Shown piece after piece: positions 39,534 through 52,010 of a stretch of DNA of 64,000 bases. Below the pieces are notes generated by a model, which saw nothing but the letters and a program-made list of their open reading frames with translations, was not told where the DNA came from and did no database searches. Position numbers and translations under genes: made by a program. Where the stretch lies: assembly GCF_001447785.1 (NCBI RefSeq), contig NW_015160208.1, forward strand, positions 357,655 through 421,654. The letters run 5' to 3'. Position 1 is the first letter of the stretch. Every line of letters starts with the position of its first letter. This stretch comes from Gekko japonicus (lineage: Eukaryota).

Positions 39534-39808
39534 AGAAGAAGAAGAGATTGGCTTTATACCCCGCCCTTCACTTGGAGTCTCAAAGCGGCTTACAAACTCC
39601 TTTCCCTTCCCCTCCCCACAACAGACACCCTGTGAGGTGGGTAGGGCTGAGAGAACTCTGACACAAACTGCTCTTTTTTCAAGGACAGCTGTGCCAGAGC
39701 TTGTGACTGACCCAAGGCCACATCAGCAGGTGCAAGTGGAGGAGTGGGGAATCAAACCCGGTTCTCCCAGATTAGAGTCCGCGCACTTAACCACTACACC
39801 AAACTGGT
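39534..39808 (-). mobile_element. tRNA-derived SINE (Squam3-like)
   Basis: Near-identical to 32197-32475 and 59951-60241. Confidence 0.8.
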
Positions 39809-41391
39809 TCTTCTGCAGATTTTCCAGCATCTCTCTCAAGTCTTTGAGAAACCCTTTGCGCACCTCAAGAGGGGTGTGTGTGTGTGATCAGAGTATCATA
39901 GTAAAAAGCTGCATGGCGGAAGAGCAGCTGGAGTGTGAATTCTTATATGCAAAACCTAGCAACAGTAGTATGTATGGAAACAAGGTGTTCATAAGTTATT
40001 GCAAAAGCTCCATGTCTGAGTTATTGCATAAGCTCCATTTCCTATTTCCCAAAGTGCTCCTATCATTCTCCAGGCTCTGCACAGCAACAGCATGAGCTCT
40101 GTGGTGAGCGGCTTTGTGCCTTCTAGCAAGTCTTCTGAATTAGTGATACTACTCCTGTTTGGCTGCGGCTGCTACCCCTCAGTTGACTTTTATTCCCTTG
40201 CTAATGTCTGGTGTGTCTTCTGCCCAATTATGTTTAGGTGAGATGTTCATTGAAGCAAAATGATGCAGTAATAAAAGCTGCAGGTTTCTGACAGCCAGTG
40301 AGAATGGCTTTTGTTGTGTGGAATATACTTACAAAGCTGCCTGGTGAGCAGTGTCAGTTGCTACAGAATATAAAGCAACAAAATGGAAAACAAGGATTAA
40401 GTCAGCCCCAGGGGGGGTGGTAAGGAGAAGAGAGGTTGTAAGAGCAAAATATGCAAGATAAGGCATCAGTATATCCAGATTCCAGCAAGGAGTCTGAGTT
40501 CTGTTTTGCTATCAGCATTTTTCTTGTTATTGAAAACTTTCAAGTTGTATGCTTTGTATGTTACGGTTTGTGGAGCTGAAAATTGGAGGGTTTTTTTCCT
40601 CCACTGTTCAACTTTTTTCACTTTCTAAACCATAAAAGTTTGAAATAGGAAAGGTAAAACTTTATTTGACATTTCTATGCCATTTTTGTACAAATGGTTT
40701 CAAAGCAGCTTACAATTAAAACATGTAACATAAAGGTATAGCGGTAATTCAGATTTGGAGAAAAATAATGTTATCACTGTGATAGTAATAACTCCCAAGG
40801 CACACGCAAGACATAGCCAACAAAATATAGACAGTGGGGTCAAACTAATTTTTCTCCAGGTTGGTTTCCCTTGAGCTCTGATGGGCTGTCAGCCCACCCT
40901 CAGCTTTCTGCCTGAAAGTCTCCTAAAATAAAGCCATGGCACAAAATAGATATCCTCCCCCCTTGTCTTTTCTGCTGAGGCAGGTCCTATTGCCCAGCTG
41001 GGGCAATTTCTCTCCATGCCTGATATCACTTTCAAGCCTAATTTGAGGATGGGCAACTGTTCAAACCTGCTCATCCATTTCTTGATGGACTTAGTTGCTC
41101 CAAGAGTAGGCTGATCTCAGGTATTACTTATGCTTGAGGTGGGGTGGGGTGGGGCTGATGTTGGAGATAGTGTAGTCCCCTGCCCTGTGCTGTCTTTCTT
41201 GGAGGCAAACGTGTTTTCCTTCAAAACAGCATTTTCCTCCTGTCTTTCAGCAGAGAGTACAGGGGCATAAGTGTTTCAAATACATTTACCTGCTGTAGTT
41301 AGCATTTGCCACTTGCATCGTACCTTGCCTTTGGGTAGCTAATACTCACCGCCCCTATCTACAGCTGAGGTGGCTAACTTCCAGAATGAGA

Positions 41392-42415
41392 AGAGTAAAA
41401 GTCCAGTAGCATCTTAAAGATTAACAAAACTTGTGGTGAGGTATGAGCTTTCGTGAGTCATTGCTCTTCAGGTATCTGGATATCTGAAGAAGTGATCAGT
41501 GACTCAGAAAAGCTCATACCTTACCACAATTTTTAAAATTTTTAATCCATTTAAAGGCATGGGATATTTATTTTGCAAGTAGTATCTACACATGCACTTT
41601 GTAGTCCACACCATCATGATGCAGCATAAAGTCACTATTTGACAATTTCCATAGGACAACAGCTTCCAACACAAAATACCACCATTTTGACAGTTACCAA
41701 TTTTTATATTGTTACAGAATATCATGATTAAAGGCATATGTTAACTTGCACCACAGCAAATCTTGGTTGCCTGCAAACAGTTTAGGAACTATGTACAAAA
41801 AAGCTGCATATCAAAGTTAAACATTTGCAAATTTTAGAGTACTACAATCTTGTCTAGCCACTTAAACTTGGGCAAATTCTTCTGGAATCAATGGATATGG
41901 TGTTCTTTTGGACAATTCTGCTTTACTGGAGCATGTGTCTTTTGAAGAGCATGGCACCTTATCTGCTGTATTGCAGAATGCTGTTCTTCAGACAGTGGCA
42001 AGGTCCCAATCCCAGCATGCTGCTGTATCTTCTGAACCAGCCTCAGCGTTTTATTGAGGGTAGCATTGATAGAACGCATTGACTCTTGCTGCTCGGCAGA
42101 AGTCCTGTCAAGCCGCTCACACAACATTTTGTAACATGAATTCATTACCAATAGCTGCTGTATGAGAGCCAGAGGATCTTCCTCTTGACATAATTCACCA
42201 GGGATCCCTTTCATCATTTCAAACTCCAGCATGCTCTGAATGCTGTCCATATCAGATTCGGCCACCTGGAACATCGCCTTGAGAGTGTTATCCACTGCCT
42301 CCATGTTGAATAATTGATGCTTACCACAAATTTTGTTAGTCTTTAAGGTGCTGCTGGACTCTTACTGTTTTCTACTGCTACAGACAGACTAACATGGCTG
42401 CCCATCTTGATCTAT
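41392..42415. mobile_element. Penelope-derived inverted (palindromic) terminal-repeat insertion, split by the SKA2 retrocopy
   Basis: Inverted hammerhead-bearing repeat at about 41395-41520, completed at 42320-42415; flanked by the 13-bp direct repeat ttccagaatgaga (41379-41391 and 42416-42428). Confidence 0.75.
41888..42304 (-). CDS. SKA2: Intronless SKA2-like (spindle and kinetochore-associated protein 2) retrocopy with intact 138-aa ORF, antisense in NPLOC4 intron 12
   Basis: MEAVDNTLKAMFQVAESDMDSIQSMLEFEM aligns by eye to SKA2 (human [30 protein letters not shown]), and similarity continues (EQQES..I.ATL.KT...VQK.Q, PLSEE). Strong Kozak aacATGG, AATAAA at 41572-41567, degenerate poly(A) and a 15-bp TSD. 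Confidence 0.85.
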   Translation of the reverse strand: MEAVDNTLKAMFQVAESDMDSIQSMLEFEMMKGIPGELCQEEDPLALIQQLLVMNSCYKMLCERLDRTSAEQQESMRSINATLNKTLRLVQKIQQHAGIGTLPLSEEQHSAIQQIRCHALQKTHAPVKQNCPKEHHIH

Positions 42416-42677
42416 TTCCAGAATGAGATTCAGCAGACGTTTCAACTGTCAGTCTCGTTTGTGTGTACTTGTGTGGGATGTAGCCATCACTAGTGTATTA
42501 TATGTAGAAGTGTGTACACATGGTACATGATTCATTGTGACAGCATGTTTCTGGAGCTCTCCATTCTTGTGACTGTCCGTGTAAGCTTTCAGTTATGGCT
42601 TGCAGCTCAAAATAACATGGTTTCTCCAACATTCTCTATTTTTGAATATAAGAATACTTCCTAATTTAAGTAGTCAG

Positions 42678-43050
42678 CACCATCCAATTAAGTTGATGGG
42701 CAGTAGATTCAAGATGAACAAAAGGAAATACTTCTTTACATAATGAGTGATTGAAATGTGGAATTCTCTGCCAGCGAGTGTAGCAATGGCCACAAGCACA
42801 GACAGCTTTAAAAAGGGATTAGACAGATGAATAGAGGATAGGTCTAGAGGAAAACATTGGCTACTAGCCAATGGTGACTAGAAGGGGACCTCCACATTCA
42901 GAAGCAGCCAACCTCTGAATTCCACTACCAGAAGGCAACACCTTGGCCTCTATGCTCTATTGGCCCTTCATAGTAACTGGTTGGCCACTGTGTGAGACAG
43001 GATGCTGGACAAGATGGACCACTGGTCAGAACCAGCAGGGCTTTTCTTAT
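42678..43050 (+). mobile_element. Older CR1 3' fragment
   Basis: HPIKLMGSRFKMNKRKYFFT..WNSLP motif followed by the CR1 3' UTR. Confidence 0.75.
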
Positions 43051-43084
43051 ATTTGCCTGAATCAATCACCTCATTGGTGTAGTG

Positions 43085-43360
43085 GTTTGGTGTAGTGGCT
43101 AAGTGTGCAGACTCCAATCTGGGATAACCAGGTTTGATTCCTCACTCCTCCACTTGCAGCTGCTGGATGACCTTGGGCAAGCCATAGTTCTGTCAGAGGT
43201 GTTCCTGAACCTCCTGAAAAGAGCAGTTTCTGTCAGAGCTCTCTCAGCCCCACCTACCTCACAGGGTGTCTGTTGTGGGGAGGGGAAAGGAAAGGAGTTT
43301 GTAAGCTGCTCTGAGACTCCGAGTGAAGGGTGGGGTATAAATCCAATCTCTTCTTCTTCT
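43085..43360 (+). mobile_element. tRNA-derived SINE (Squam3-like)
   Basis: gtttggtgtagtgg head and ttcttcttct tail. Confidence 0.8.
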
Positions 43361-46300
43361 CTTCTTATACCTGGCCTCTTTGGCTGTTGTTTTTGCTGCT
43401 GTCTATGTGGTTTTCCAGGGAAATCTTGTAGTTTCTGTATTCTAAAGAGTTTTTGTGGTACATTGGGAGTGGAATGTATTATGAGTGTTTAGCATTTGAG
43501 TGTTCTCCTTTGCTTCTTAATGTTTCTGATTTTACATGTTGCTAAAAGCTGTGGAATGCCATTGAGCCAGATAGCATGATAGTTCCAGTAGTTTTTTCCT
43601 TTGCAAATCACTAGATCCCATCATGCTGTGCTCCAGGTCTTAGTCATTCTGTGCATTTCAGGCTTTCTTCACTCCTCCATTTGCTTTTATGGCATTGTAA
43701 AGACAGTGGCAAGTTCAGTTAAGTCTGCTCTTATGAGCAATTTGTATCTCAGTACATGTGAAGGACCTGGCTTTAGACACTGGTATAAAATCTAAATTGG
43801 GTTTTTAGATAGGTGCAGTTGTTGCTGAAGAGAACGCATTACATAGATTAGATGATTTATTGGAGCAAAGGCTTTCACAGTTTGGTCTCTTAAAATGTAA
43901 TAGCCTTTTTGGTCAACTTATTACTCCAAACTGGCATAACTGTTTTGCTCCAGTAGAAGGAAGGATCTGCACTGGAGGGGTTTGGGGAGGAGTTGTATAT
44001 TGGTAAGCACTTGGTTGAAAGCGCTTTTAGAAATGTTGGTTAGAACCCAAGAAGCCAATGTTTGTGTAATGTGGAGTACACTTACCTCTCAAGGTTAGCA
44101 GCAGTTTAAATTACAGCAGAAATTGTGTGGTCTAGCTGGGTAGGAGAACAGCTGCTCTTTTGGCTCCTGCAGTCAGAGAGAAGGTGATGTATGTAAAATT
44201 AGAGGCTTGAAGCAGCGTCTATACAAAAGCCTGCTCATTGCATAAGGTATGTGGTCCTAGTATGCCGTTTCTTTTTACTCTTGGAAAACAGTTTGAGAAA
44301 TTTGTCTGAATTAGTACTGCTGTGCAAACAGGAGCCCGGCATTGAGATCAAAGCTACTCAGCTGTGAAAGACCGCTGACAGGAGTTGCTGGATGCATGAA
44401 TTCAGTGACTGAAGAAGTGCTTAAAGTTGGTGTGGGTTTTTTTACGGCCTCTTCTCTCTTGAGCTGCCTTTGGTGTGGTGTGCATCAGTGTAAGTTTGTG
44501 GGACAATGCCAGAGACTGCTGTACTCATGACAGCCTGTTCCTGTCATTGCTGGTTCCCATGAGAACAAGTGTGATTCATCTGTGTCTTAAATATCACAAA
44601 AACAGGAAAACCAACAGCGCCAGTTTTGCCTCAACTTCCTGTAGCCAGGAATTTTTTTTCGGAGGCCTCTGGCATTGTAAGTCTTTTATGTCTTTACCAC
44701 TCTCTTTATTTTGGCCTTTTAAAGACCAAATCAGCACTGGCTGCAAGGCTGCTAACTCCATCTGGGTGCTCAGTCCATGGTGTAAGAGAGTCCAGAGGCT
44801 TATCCTAAGGTGAAAAAAGAGGAGCATTTGGAACCAAATTATTCTGCTTAAATAGTTTTTTCTCACCCTAGGCATGGAACATAGGCAGGGAATTACTTCT
44901 CGTTTGAATACTTTTCTTGGTTAGAGGTGCCTGCTGGCTATTGCAATACTACAACCTTTGGATTAGTGTCATATCGCTGACACCTAACTCTAAGCAAACA
45001 TCCCTCCTCTTTTCAGAAAACTTGGAGGTGCAGTGTTACATTAAGAGACCTTTCTTCCCATTTCAAGCACCTTTTGATAATTCTGTCTCTTGTAAAATTG
45101 AAATGTATCTGGCCCTTGTGAGACTGATTGTTTTTGAAAGAGAATTTTTGGACTTGATCAGGCCCTGTGTTCATGTATAGTACCTCTTTCAAGACTAGAA
45201 ATGCTAGAAAAGAAAGATAACCCCTCTGATGGTCAAAGTGTCTATGAATTTCTGTTATTCCTTCTGGCAACATATCAATGGTAGCTATGATGCCACAGTC
45301 AGATGAAATCATTGAAAATGCACAAATTACTGAACTTTCTTGATAGTTGGCCTGTGTGTAGATTTGTAATCCGTGTTTATGGCAAGCAGTTCTGCAATTT
45401 TGCTTTTCAGGGGGTGTTACAGACGCCTCCTCTTCTTCCTGAAGCCATATCCATGCCAAGTCTGGCTTTCCATTATCTAGCTGTCATATTATTGGGCACC
45501 CTGTGGGCTCCAGGCTGCGGTGTGCTCTTGAAGTTGGTTGCTGCACTGCAGGACTCCAGCTCTGGACTTATTTCATGGATGTCTCAACATTCCATCAAAC
45601 GTAGCACACCAGAAAATAATCCAAAGGGGATCTGAATTTTATGGATCCTTTGAAGCATTCAAAATAGCTGAGATTTAGTACTTTTGCAGGACTCTGTTCT
45701 CTTGTTGACTTTAGAAAAATACCTACGATCTTAGCACTGATGCAAAATGTCATCTTTTTGCAGTGAGGTATGTTTTTATTGATGTTCTAATGTCCAGGAA
45801 ATTGCTTGGGGATGGTAAAGACTTCCTTGATTTCACTCGTGTTACAAAAGGACCTTTGCCTAGGAGGCTAACTGGGTAAGAGTTTTGCATTTGGCCTATT
45901 GCTTCATCCGCCTTTGGTATGCTGGTCTGAAGAACTGCCAGCTGCTCAGTTTTAGTTTGAGCACCAGGTCTCATTTACATAGTTGTATTCTGTGAAGTTA
46001 CTCCAGTGGCAATACGTTTGCTGGTCCCAGTTGGGATTGCTAATATCCTCATCTTCTAAACGAATAATATTCATGGCATTGTAGATTTATGAGTGTTTAA
46101 TATATAGCAGCTGTTTTATTTCTAGGTTATCTTTCCCCAACATTGTGGGCGCAGCTAACTTTCTGCAAAACTTCTCAGGAGCTTTTTTTTTTTTCAATGT
46201 CCACTTTTCCTTTGGGTTACGAAACATTTTCTACTTTCCAGTTTCAGCTAGCCTTCTACAGACTGTAGGGTTATTTAATTCTCTTTGCCATCTCTCTTCT

Positions 46301-46441
46301 CCCCTCCCTCTCCCCTTTCCTGATCCCAGTGTAAATTCTTTGTGGTTCTAGTTTTCCTGTTTTGTTTTTTTTTATAAGGAAAGTTGAAAATAGGTTCATA
46401 CTTACTTCTGGTTAGACAGCTAAAATGGAGCTGTTTAGTCT

Positions 46442-46488
<47 letters not shown>
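46442..46488 (+). repeat. Compound (GT)n(GA)n microsatellite
   Basis: Read directly from the sequence. Confidence 0.95.
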
Positions 46489-49400
46489 AAACTTTCAAGT
46501 GCAGTAAGAGAAATTAAATTAATGGTAAGGCAAACAAAATGAAATTTTCAGAAACCAACATATTGCTAAAAACACTTCTTTAAACATATCAGGGAGCAGC
46601 TAGGGAGGAGATTCAGCCATTAGATGACAAAAGAGAGAGAAGATTGCTGAGGGAAGGTAGGGAGTTTTCAAAAATGGTGAAGAAATTTTGCATCAGTCTT
46701 TGCTATGAAAGACGTGAGGAGGTTATCCATCTGCATGAGGACTGTTATTTTTTTGGGAGGGCATCTGAAGAATGAAGGCACCAAAATTAAATTCCAGAAC
46801 TAGTTGACAGAGCTATCACTGTAGAAAACATCTACCTGAGGGTTTTTAATGTAATATTTGGTGCTCTTGTAACAATTATGTATAGCTTGTTACTAAAATT
46901 AGCCTTCCTACCAGAAGACATAGCAAAGAGCCATAGCATGTGACTTCCACATCCAAAACATGGTTAAAGATTGCAGGGTGGGGTGCTTTACCAGGTGCTG
47001 CTATTGCTGTCATGCCCAGTATGTGAGCTTATGGAGGTATTTGGTTTTTCTAGGTAGAACGCTAGACAAGATGAGCCTTGTTCTGATCCAGCAGATGCCA
47101 CTGCTTCATACGGCAGGATTTCTTTCCATCTTGAGCTGGTGTGGCATAGCGGTTTGACTAGGATGTTCTAGGAGGCATGGGTTCAGATTCCAACTCTGCC
47201 ATGAAACTCTCTGGATAACCATAGGCCAGTCTTTATCTCTCTGTGTAACAGCCACCTTGTGAGGAAAGTTAGCCTGAAGATAAAAGGGTGGGAAGGGTGA
47301 ACCATGTGTGCTACTTTGAGATTTCTGCAGGAAGAGTGAGATAAAATATATTAAATACTTCAAAGTGCTGTTGCAATCTATTTGCTCTCTAAATCTGAAA
47401 TTGCAAAGAGATTTTCTCCCACCCATTAGTGCTATTTCTACAATTTGCAAATAGATTCCTGTGCTAATTCATCTTGGACTCAGAGACCTTGTTTGTTGGG
47501 AGGATATTCTTCAATAGCAGCGGTTTAGTGTTGTCATATGTCCAAATACACCAGTAGCCACATATTAACAGTCTTTACGTACTGAAAATAATGAGTGGTT
47601 CTGCATACAGAGTTTGGCTACCAGTAAATAATCAGAAGTGGGTGTGTGATCAAAAGAACCCATAATGTGGAGGCTCCTGAAAACAGACATTTTAAACAGC
47701 AGATTTTTAGGTTTGACTGCTTTTGTTCAGAGCACCACACTCTTCTACCTAAACGGAGCCAACAGACTCAAGTGTCAAACTAGAGAAGGCACCTCTACCT
47801 ATCTACCCTGTTTCCATCATTCTTAAGACTTCTCTTATTCTCATGACAAAGCAGGGACCCCTTTTGAGTGGCAGAGATGTCCTATCAGATCATTGAAAGG
47901 GGGGATCACAGGCTAACCACTGAATGTGAACCAGAGGTCTTACTAATACTGGGGTGACAAGATTTTTTTCCTGCAAAAATATTAAGATATAGTTGGGAAA
48001 GTCTAATGTATGAACCGAAGACTTGTCTTTCTCTATGTAGAAACAAAAAAGGGAGAATGGTCTCCGATAGTAAAATCGGCTTCTTTTTAAAATGAGGATA
48101 TGTTTGGATATATATACCAACCAAACTTCATTTGTATTGTCCCTCAATGTCCCAGAATACATTTATGTATGTTCCTCATATATAAGCATTTCATCCTACC
48201 AGAATTGCAGCTGAGGGTTTATTAAGCCTGCATTAATTAGATACTTGCAGAACTCTATCCCTAGTACTTGTGATCCAGTTTTCTTGGGGGGGGGGGAGAT
48301 GGAGAGGAGATTTTATCAACAGCAGTATGAAGTAGCTAAGTTAAGTTGTTGCTGGGTGCAAGAATCTAATGGCATAAATTCAGCATAAATAAGAAGCCGT
48401 AGTAGTGGAAAGAGAAGGATGAAAAAAACAGTGGTCAGGAACAATTCAGTACCAGCTCTAATGGGTGGGAGAAAATCTGGTACATGAATTGCACAAGGTT
48501 TTTGTTCTCTAATGAGGCATAAGCTGTTTATAGAAGGGGGGAAGCAAGAAATGGAATGTGAACTGAGAAGGATCACAGGATGCTGTTTGGATTGCAGTGT
48601 TTCCCCTATGCAGCTATATGCAGCAGACCACAGTGAAAACTTAGTTTGAAGGTACACTGCCCTGAGGAATAGATGGCAGTCTTGCTGGCTTGACTCTCTT
48701 AACATGCCATTGCATCCTTTTGGACAGTTTCGTTCACAGTAGCTTTAAAAAACTGCAATATCTGGCCCCAGTATGAATTCAGTGGACTTGAGCGACTAAC
48801 CAAAGGTTATGACAGTCTGATATTCATGCTTTGCTCTGGTGCTGTGATGGAGTAATCACTTACCAGTTTGGAGGCACAAGGGCTTCTAACTTCATGTTAG
48901 ATTGTGTTTTATAGAACATACTAATTGAATGACCGATGTATGCTGGTTTAATGTGGCTCACTTTCTGCAGCATTCAAACAGATGTAGATTAACTCTACCT
49001 CTATTGGGGGGGAAAGAATTTAATTAGACATGGAGATGTTTCATACGGGCTAATTATATGTGCACTGGTGGAAGTTCCCTTTTTGCAGGGGTACGTTTTC
49101 AAGTTGGTTTCATTGGTTTTGGTTTTGCTCTTTGTGGCCTTTTTGTGATTAGGGCCGTTCCCGCACAACATCTGTTTATTATGTAGCTAGCTGGGTGCTG
49201 TTCTGCATAATCAGAAACATGGCAAGTGTACCTAAAAGACAGAATAGTTTTGAAGTAGACAGATTATCTAGATCCATTTTAGCCTGGATTTAGATGGGAA
49301 AGGCCTTGGCCACTCTTGACTGTCTTTACTAGAACAGTGAAGGGGGAATACAAGCCTTGTAATTCTCTGGACCTTTTAGTGGCAATGATACCATTGGTTG

Positions 49401-51012
49401 TGGTAACTTCCTGGAGAGTTGCCTGGATCTGTTGTGGAAGCATTGTACCTCAGTAGTTCTCCTTCAGTGGGGGGAAGTCATCCAGAAAGTGGTTAGGTCA
49501 TGCCTCTGCTCGCTCGGATAGGCTATGCAAATTTCTTTATTGCGTGGCTCCTATTGGAGGGACCTAGGCTGATCTCTCCAGTTCTTGCATAGCCCTGCAC
49601 CTTCGGCTGGCGCAGCGGCCAGCAGCGCGGGAAAGAAAAAATGCCGCGGGAACAACACAGGGTGAGCTCATTCCGACCGGGGGGGGGGGGGACTTGGAAC
49701 AGCCCTAATAAAGGCTAAAAGGGACCGATTCAACCCCAGCCCAGTGGCCCGGAACCAGCCGCAGCCCAACCAGGACCCACTATAGACCCAACGGGGCTGC
49801 TCCAAGCCAGAACAGCAGCACGGGACCGGCTCCAGCCCAACCGGGACTGACCCAAGTACAGCCCAGCGGCCCTTGGGGAGCCATGGGTCCACCGGGAATG
49901 TGGGCACCGGCAGGCAAGCTTGTGCACCCCCCAAGGCCAAAAAGGTTGGAACGCCCTCTCCCACCAGCTGAGGATTCGGAGGGCGGGAAAAATGGCCGTG
50001 ATGGAGGTCCTCGTGGATCCTCAGTCCCTTACCCCAGAGGAATTGGGGGTCAGGCAATACTGGTCGGAAGGGGAAGCTACACCAGTGCTGGGCTGGCTGA
50101 ACGCAATGAACCGGTCAATCCCCCCTCCCCCCCCTCCCATGCAAGTGGTCCAAGAGGACAGCGTGAAGGCTGTGGATGGAGCCGGAGACTCTGAGAGATC
50201 GAGACCTACAGGCTTCCACTTCACCCCAAGAAAAGGGCACCAGCGGAAGCGGCATGCAGCTAGAAGCCGGCAGGAGACACCGCCGGGCGGGTCGAACAGA
50301 TGAAGCCAGTAAGTCCCCCCCACCCCCGCACCCAAAGGAGGCAGCCAAGTAATCGGCTGGCGGCACGGGAGACACAAAGGGCCTCATGTGGTGGGCCCAC
50401 TCCGGCGGTGGGGGAAGGCCTCGTTGGGCATAGTCCCACAGCAGGTGCGCCTGCACCTACCCAGGGCTACGGGGGCAGGTTGGCCCCTGCTGCAGAACCC
50501 ACAGCAGCCATGATTTCACCACCAGCTGCAGCCGCTGCAGGGATCACCAGCTGCAACCGCTGCAGGGCCCAGTCGGCTTGGCACCGCGCCCATTCAGTCC
50601 CTCAGAGTTTCAGCTGGGACCTTTCTGGATCTGGCCCTTAATAGGGCCCCCTGGACAGCACCACAAGGACTTAGGCAGCACAAGGGCTTCAGGGCGCTGG
50701 AAGACAGGGGGGTGGGGTGGCAGCCCCAGCACACACCCAACAGCACGTACAAACTAGGGCCCATCTTGGCTCTGGCCCTTAATGGGAGCGGCCTCGGGTG
50801 ACACCCAACGGCTTCAGGACACTGGAAGCCAGAGGGGTTAGGCAGCAGCCCCGGCACAACCCCAAAAACTGCGCATGCAAGCAAGGAGCTGGGGGAAGGT
50901 CATCCTCCAAGGGGCTCCTGCAGGAAGGGAAACCACACCGCTTACCTAGTTTTTCAGGCTGAAATTACATCTACCATCATTTCCTTGGGTGGAGATACAG
51001 AGAAGGAAGAAA

Positions 51013-51285
51013 GGGCTGCGGTGGATCAGTGGTTAAGATGCTGAACTGCGACCAGAAGGTCGGTAGTTGGGCAGTCAAGACCTGGGGGCGGCGTGATGGA
51101 ATGCACTTCTGTCTCTGGTCACAGCTCCTGCCAACATAGCTGTTCGAAAGCTAGAAATTGCAAGTAGAGACACAAGTACCGCTTCAAGGGAGAGGTGGCA
51201 GCGTTCCATGCACCTCGGCGTCTCGTCATGTCATACATGACCATGGAGAGGTCTTCGGACAGCGCTGGTTCTTCGACTTGGAAAC
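51013..51285 (+). mobile_element. Sauria SINE inside the DIRS element
   Basis: cagtggttaagatgctgaactgc head and cagctcctgccaac...gtcatacatgacc body. Confidence 0.8.
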
Positions 51286-51687
51286 GGATTCGACTGGTTT
51301 TAAATCTGAACTTTTCCAAAGGCTGTCGAACAAGGGCGTTCCACACTGGGTTACCAGTTGGGAAGTGGCAGAAAAAACTGTATCTTCAGTTTCTGCAAAG
51401 CGGGAATTCAGAGGCTTTAAGAAACCAGTCTAGGTGCAGACTTTTGCACCATTCCCCTGCCTTCCTTGATAACATCATCAGAGCAGAGTGGGCTGTTCCT
51501 AAAGGTGGGAGCTCCCCTTTGTCTGTCACAAAGCGTGTGGGATCCTCAACAGAGGAGACCAGGGGGGACCTAAAGGCCTTTAAGGTCCCTTGATCAGCGC
51601 CACTGCGGTGGCTCCGCTTTAAGGGGCAGTGCTCCCCAGGGCTGGGGAGGCCTTAAGATGCCGGGGACAGAGGGACTCAGGCAGCAA

Positions 51688-52010
51688 GGGCCACGTTGGC
51701 TCAGTGGTTAAGGCACCAATCGGCAGTCCAGTAGGTCGGTAGATGGCGGCTCAAGACCCGAGTGCTCCCATCCCTGGTACCAGCTCCTGCCAGCATAGCA
51801 GTGCGAAAGCAAGGGGTTGCAAGTAGATAAATAGGTGCCGCTTCGGTGGGAAGGTAACAGCATCCCGTGCGCTTCGGAGTGCAGTCATGCCAGCCACATG
51901 ACAATGGAAACGTCTTTGGACAGCGCTACCTCTTTGGCTTGGGATTGAAGAGGAGCACCGCAACCCTAGAGTCGGGTTCATCCGGCTTTCATGCAATGGA
52001 AACCTTTATC
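51688..52010 (+). mobile_element. Sauria SINE inside the DIRS element
   Basis: ggctcagtggttaagg head and gcaaccctagagtcgg...accttt tail. Confidence 0.8.

Noticed and set aside
39499-40095. 198-aa ORF
   Set aside because: It reads through an antisense SINE and flanking intron; the same peptide recurs at other SINE copies
41479-41520. Active hammerhead on the + strand next to the retrocopy
   Set aside because: Stem II and the CGAAA junction are mutated (gtgat...ctcagaaaa), so it is probably inactive
45013-45635. 148-aa and 110-aa ORFs in intron 12
   Set aside because: Non-ATG or weak starts, no recognisable homology, and no splice or retrocopy hallmarks
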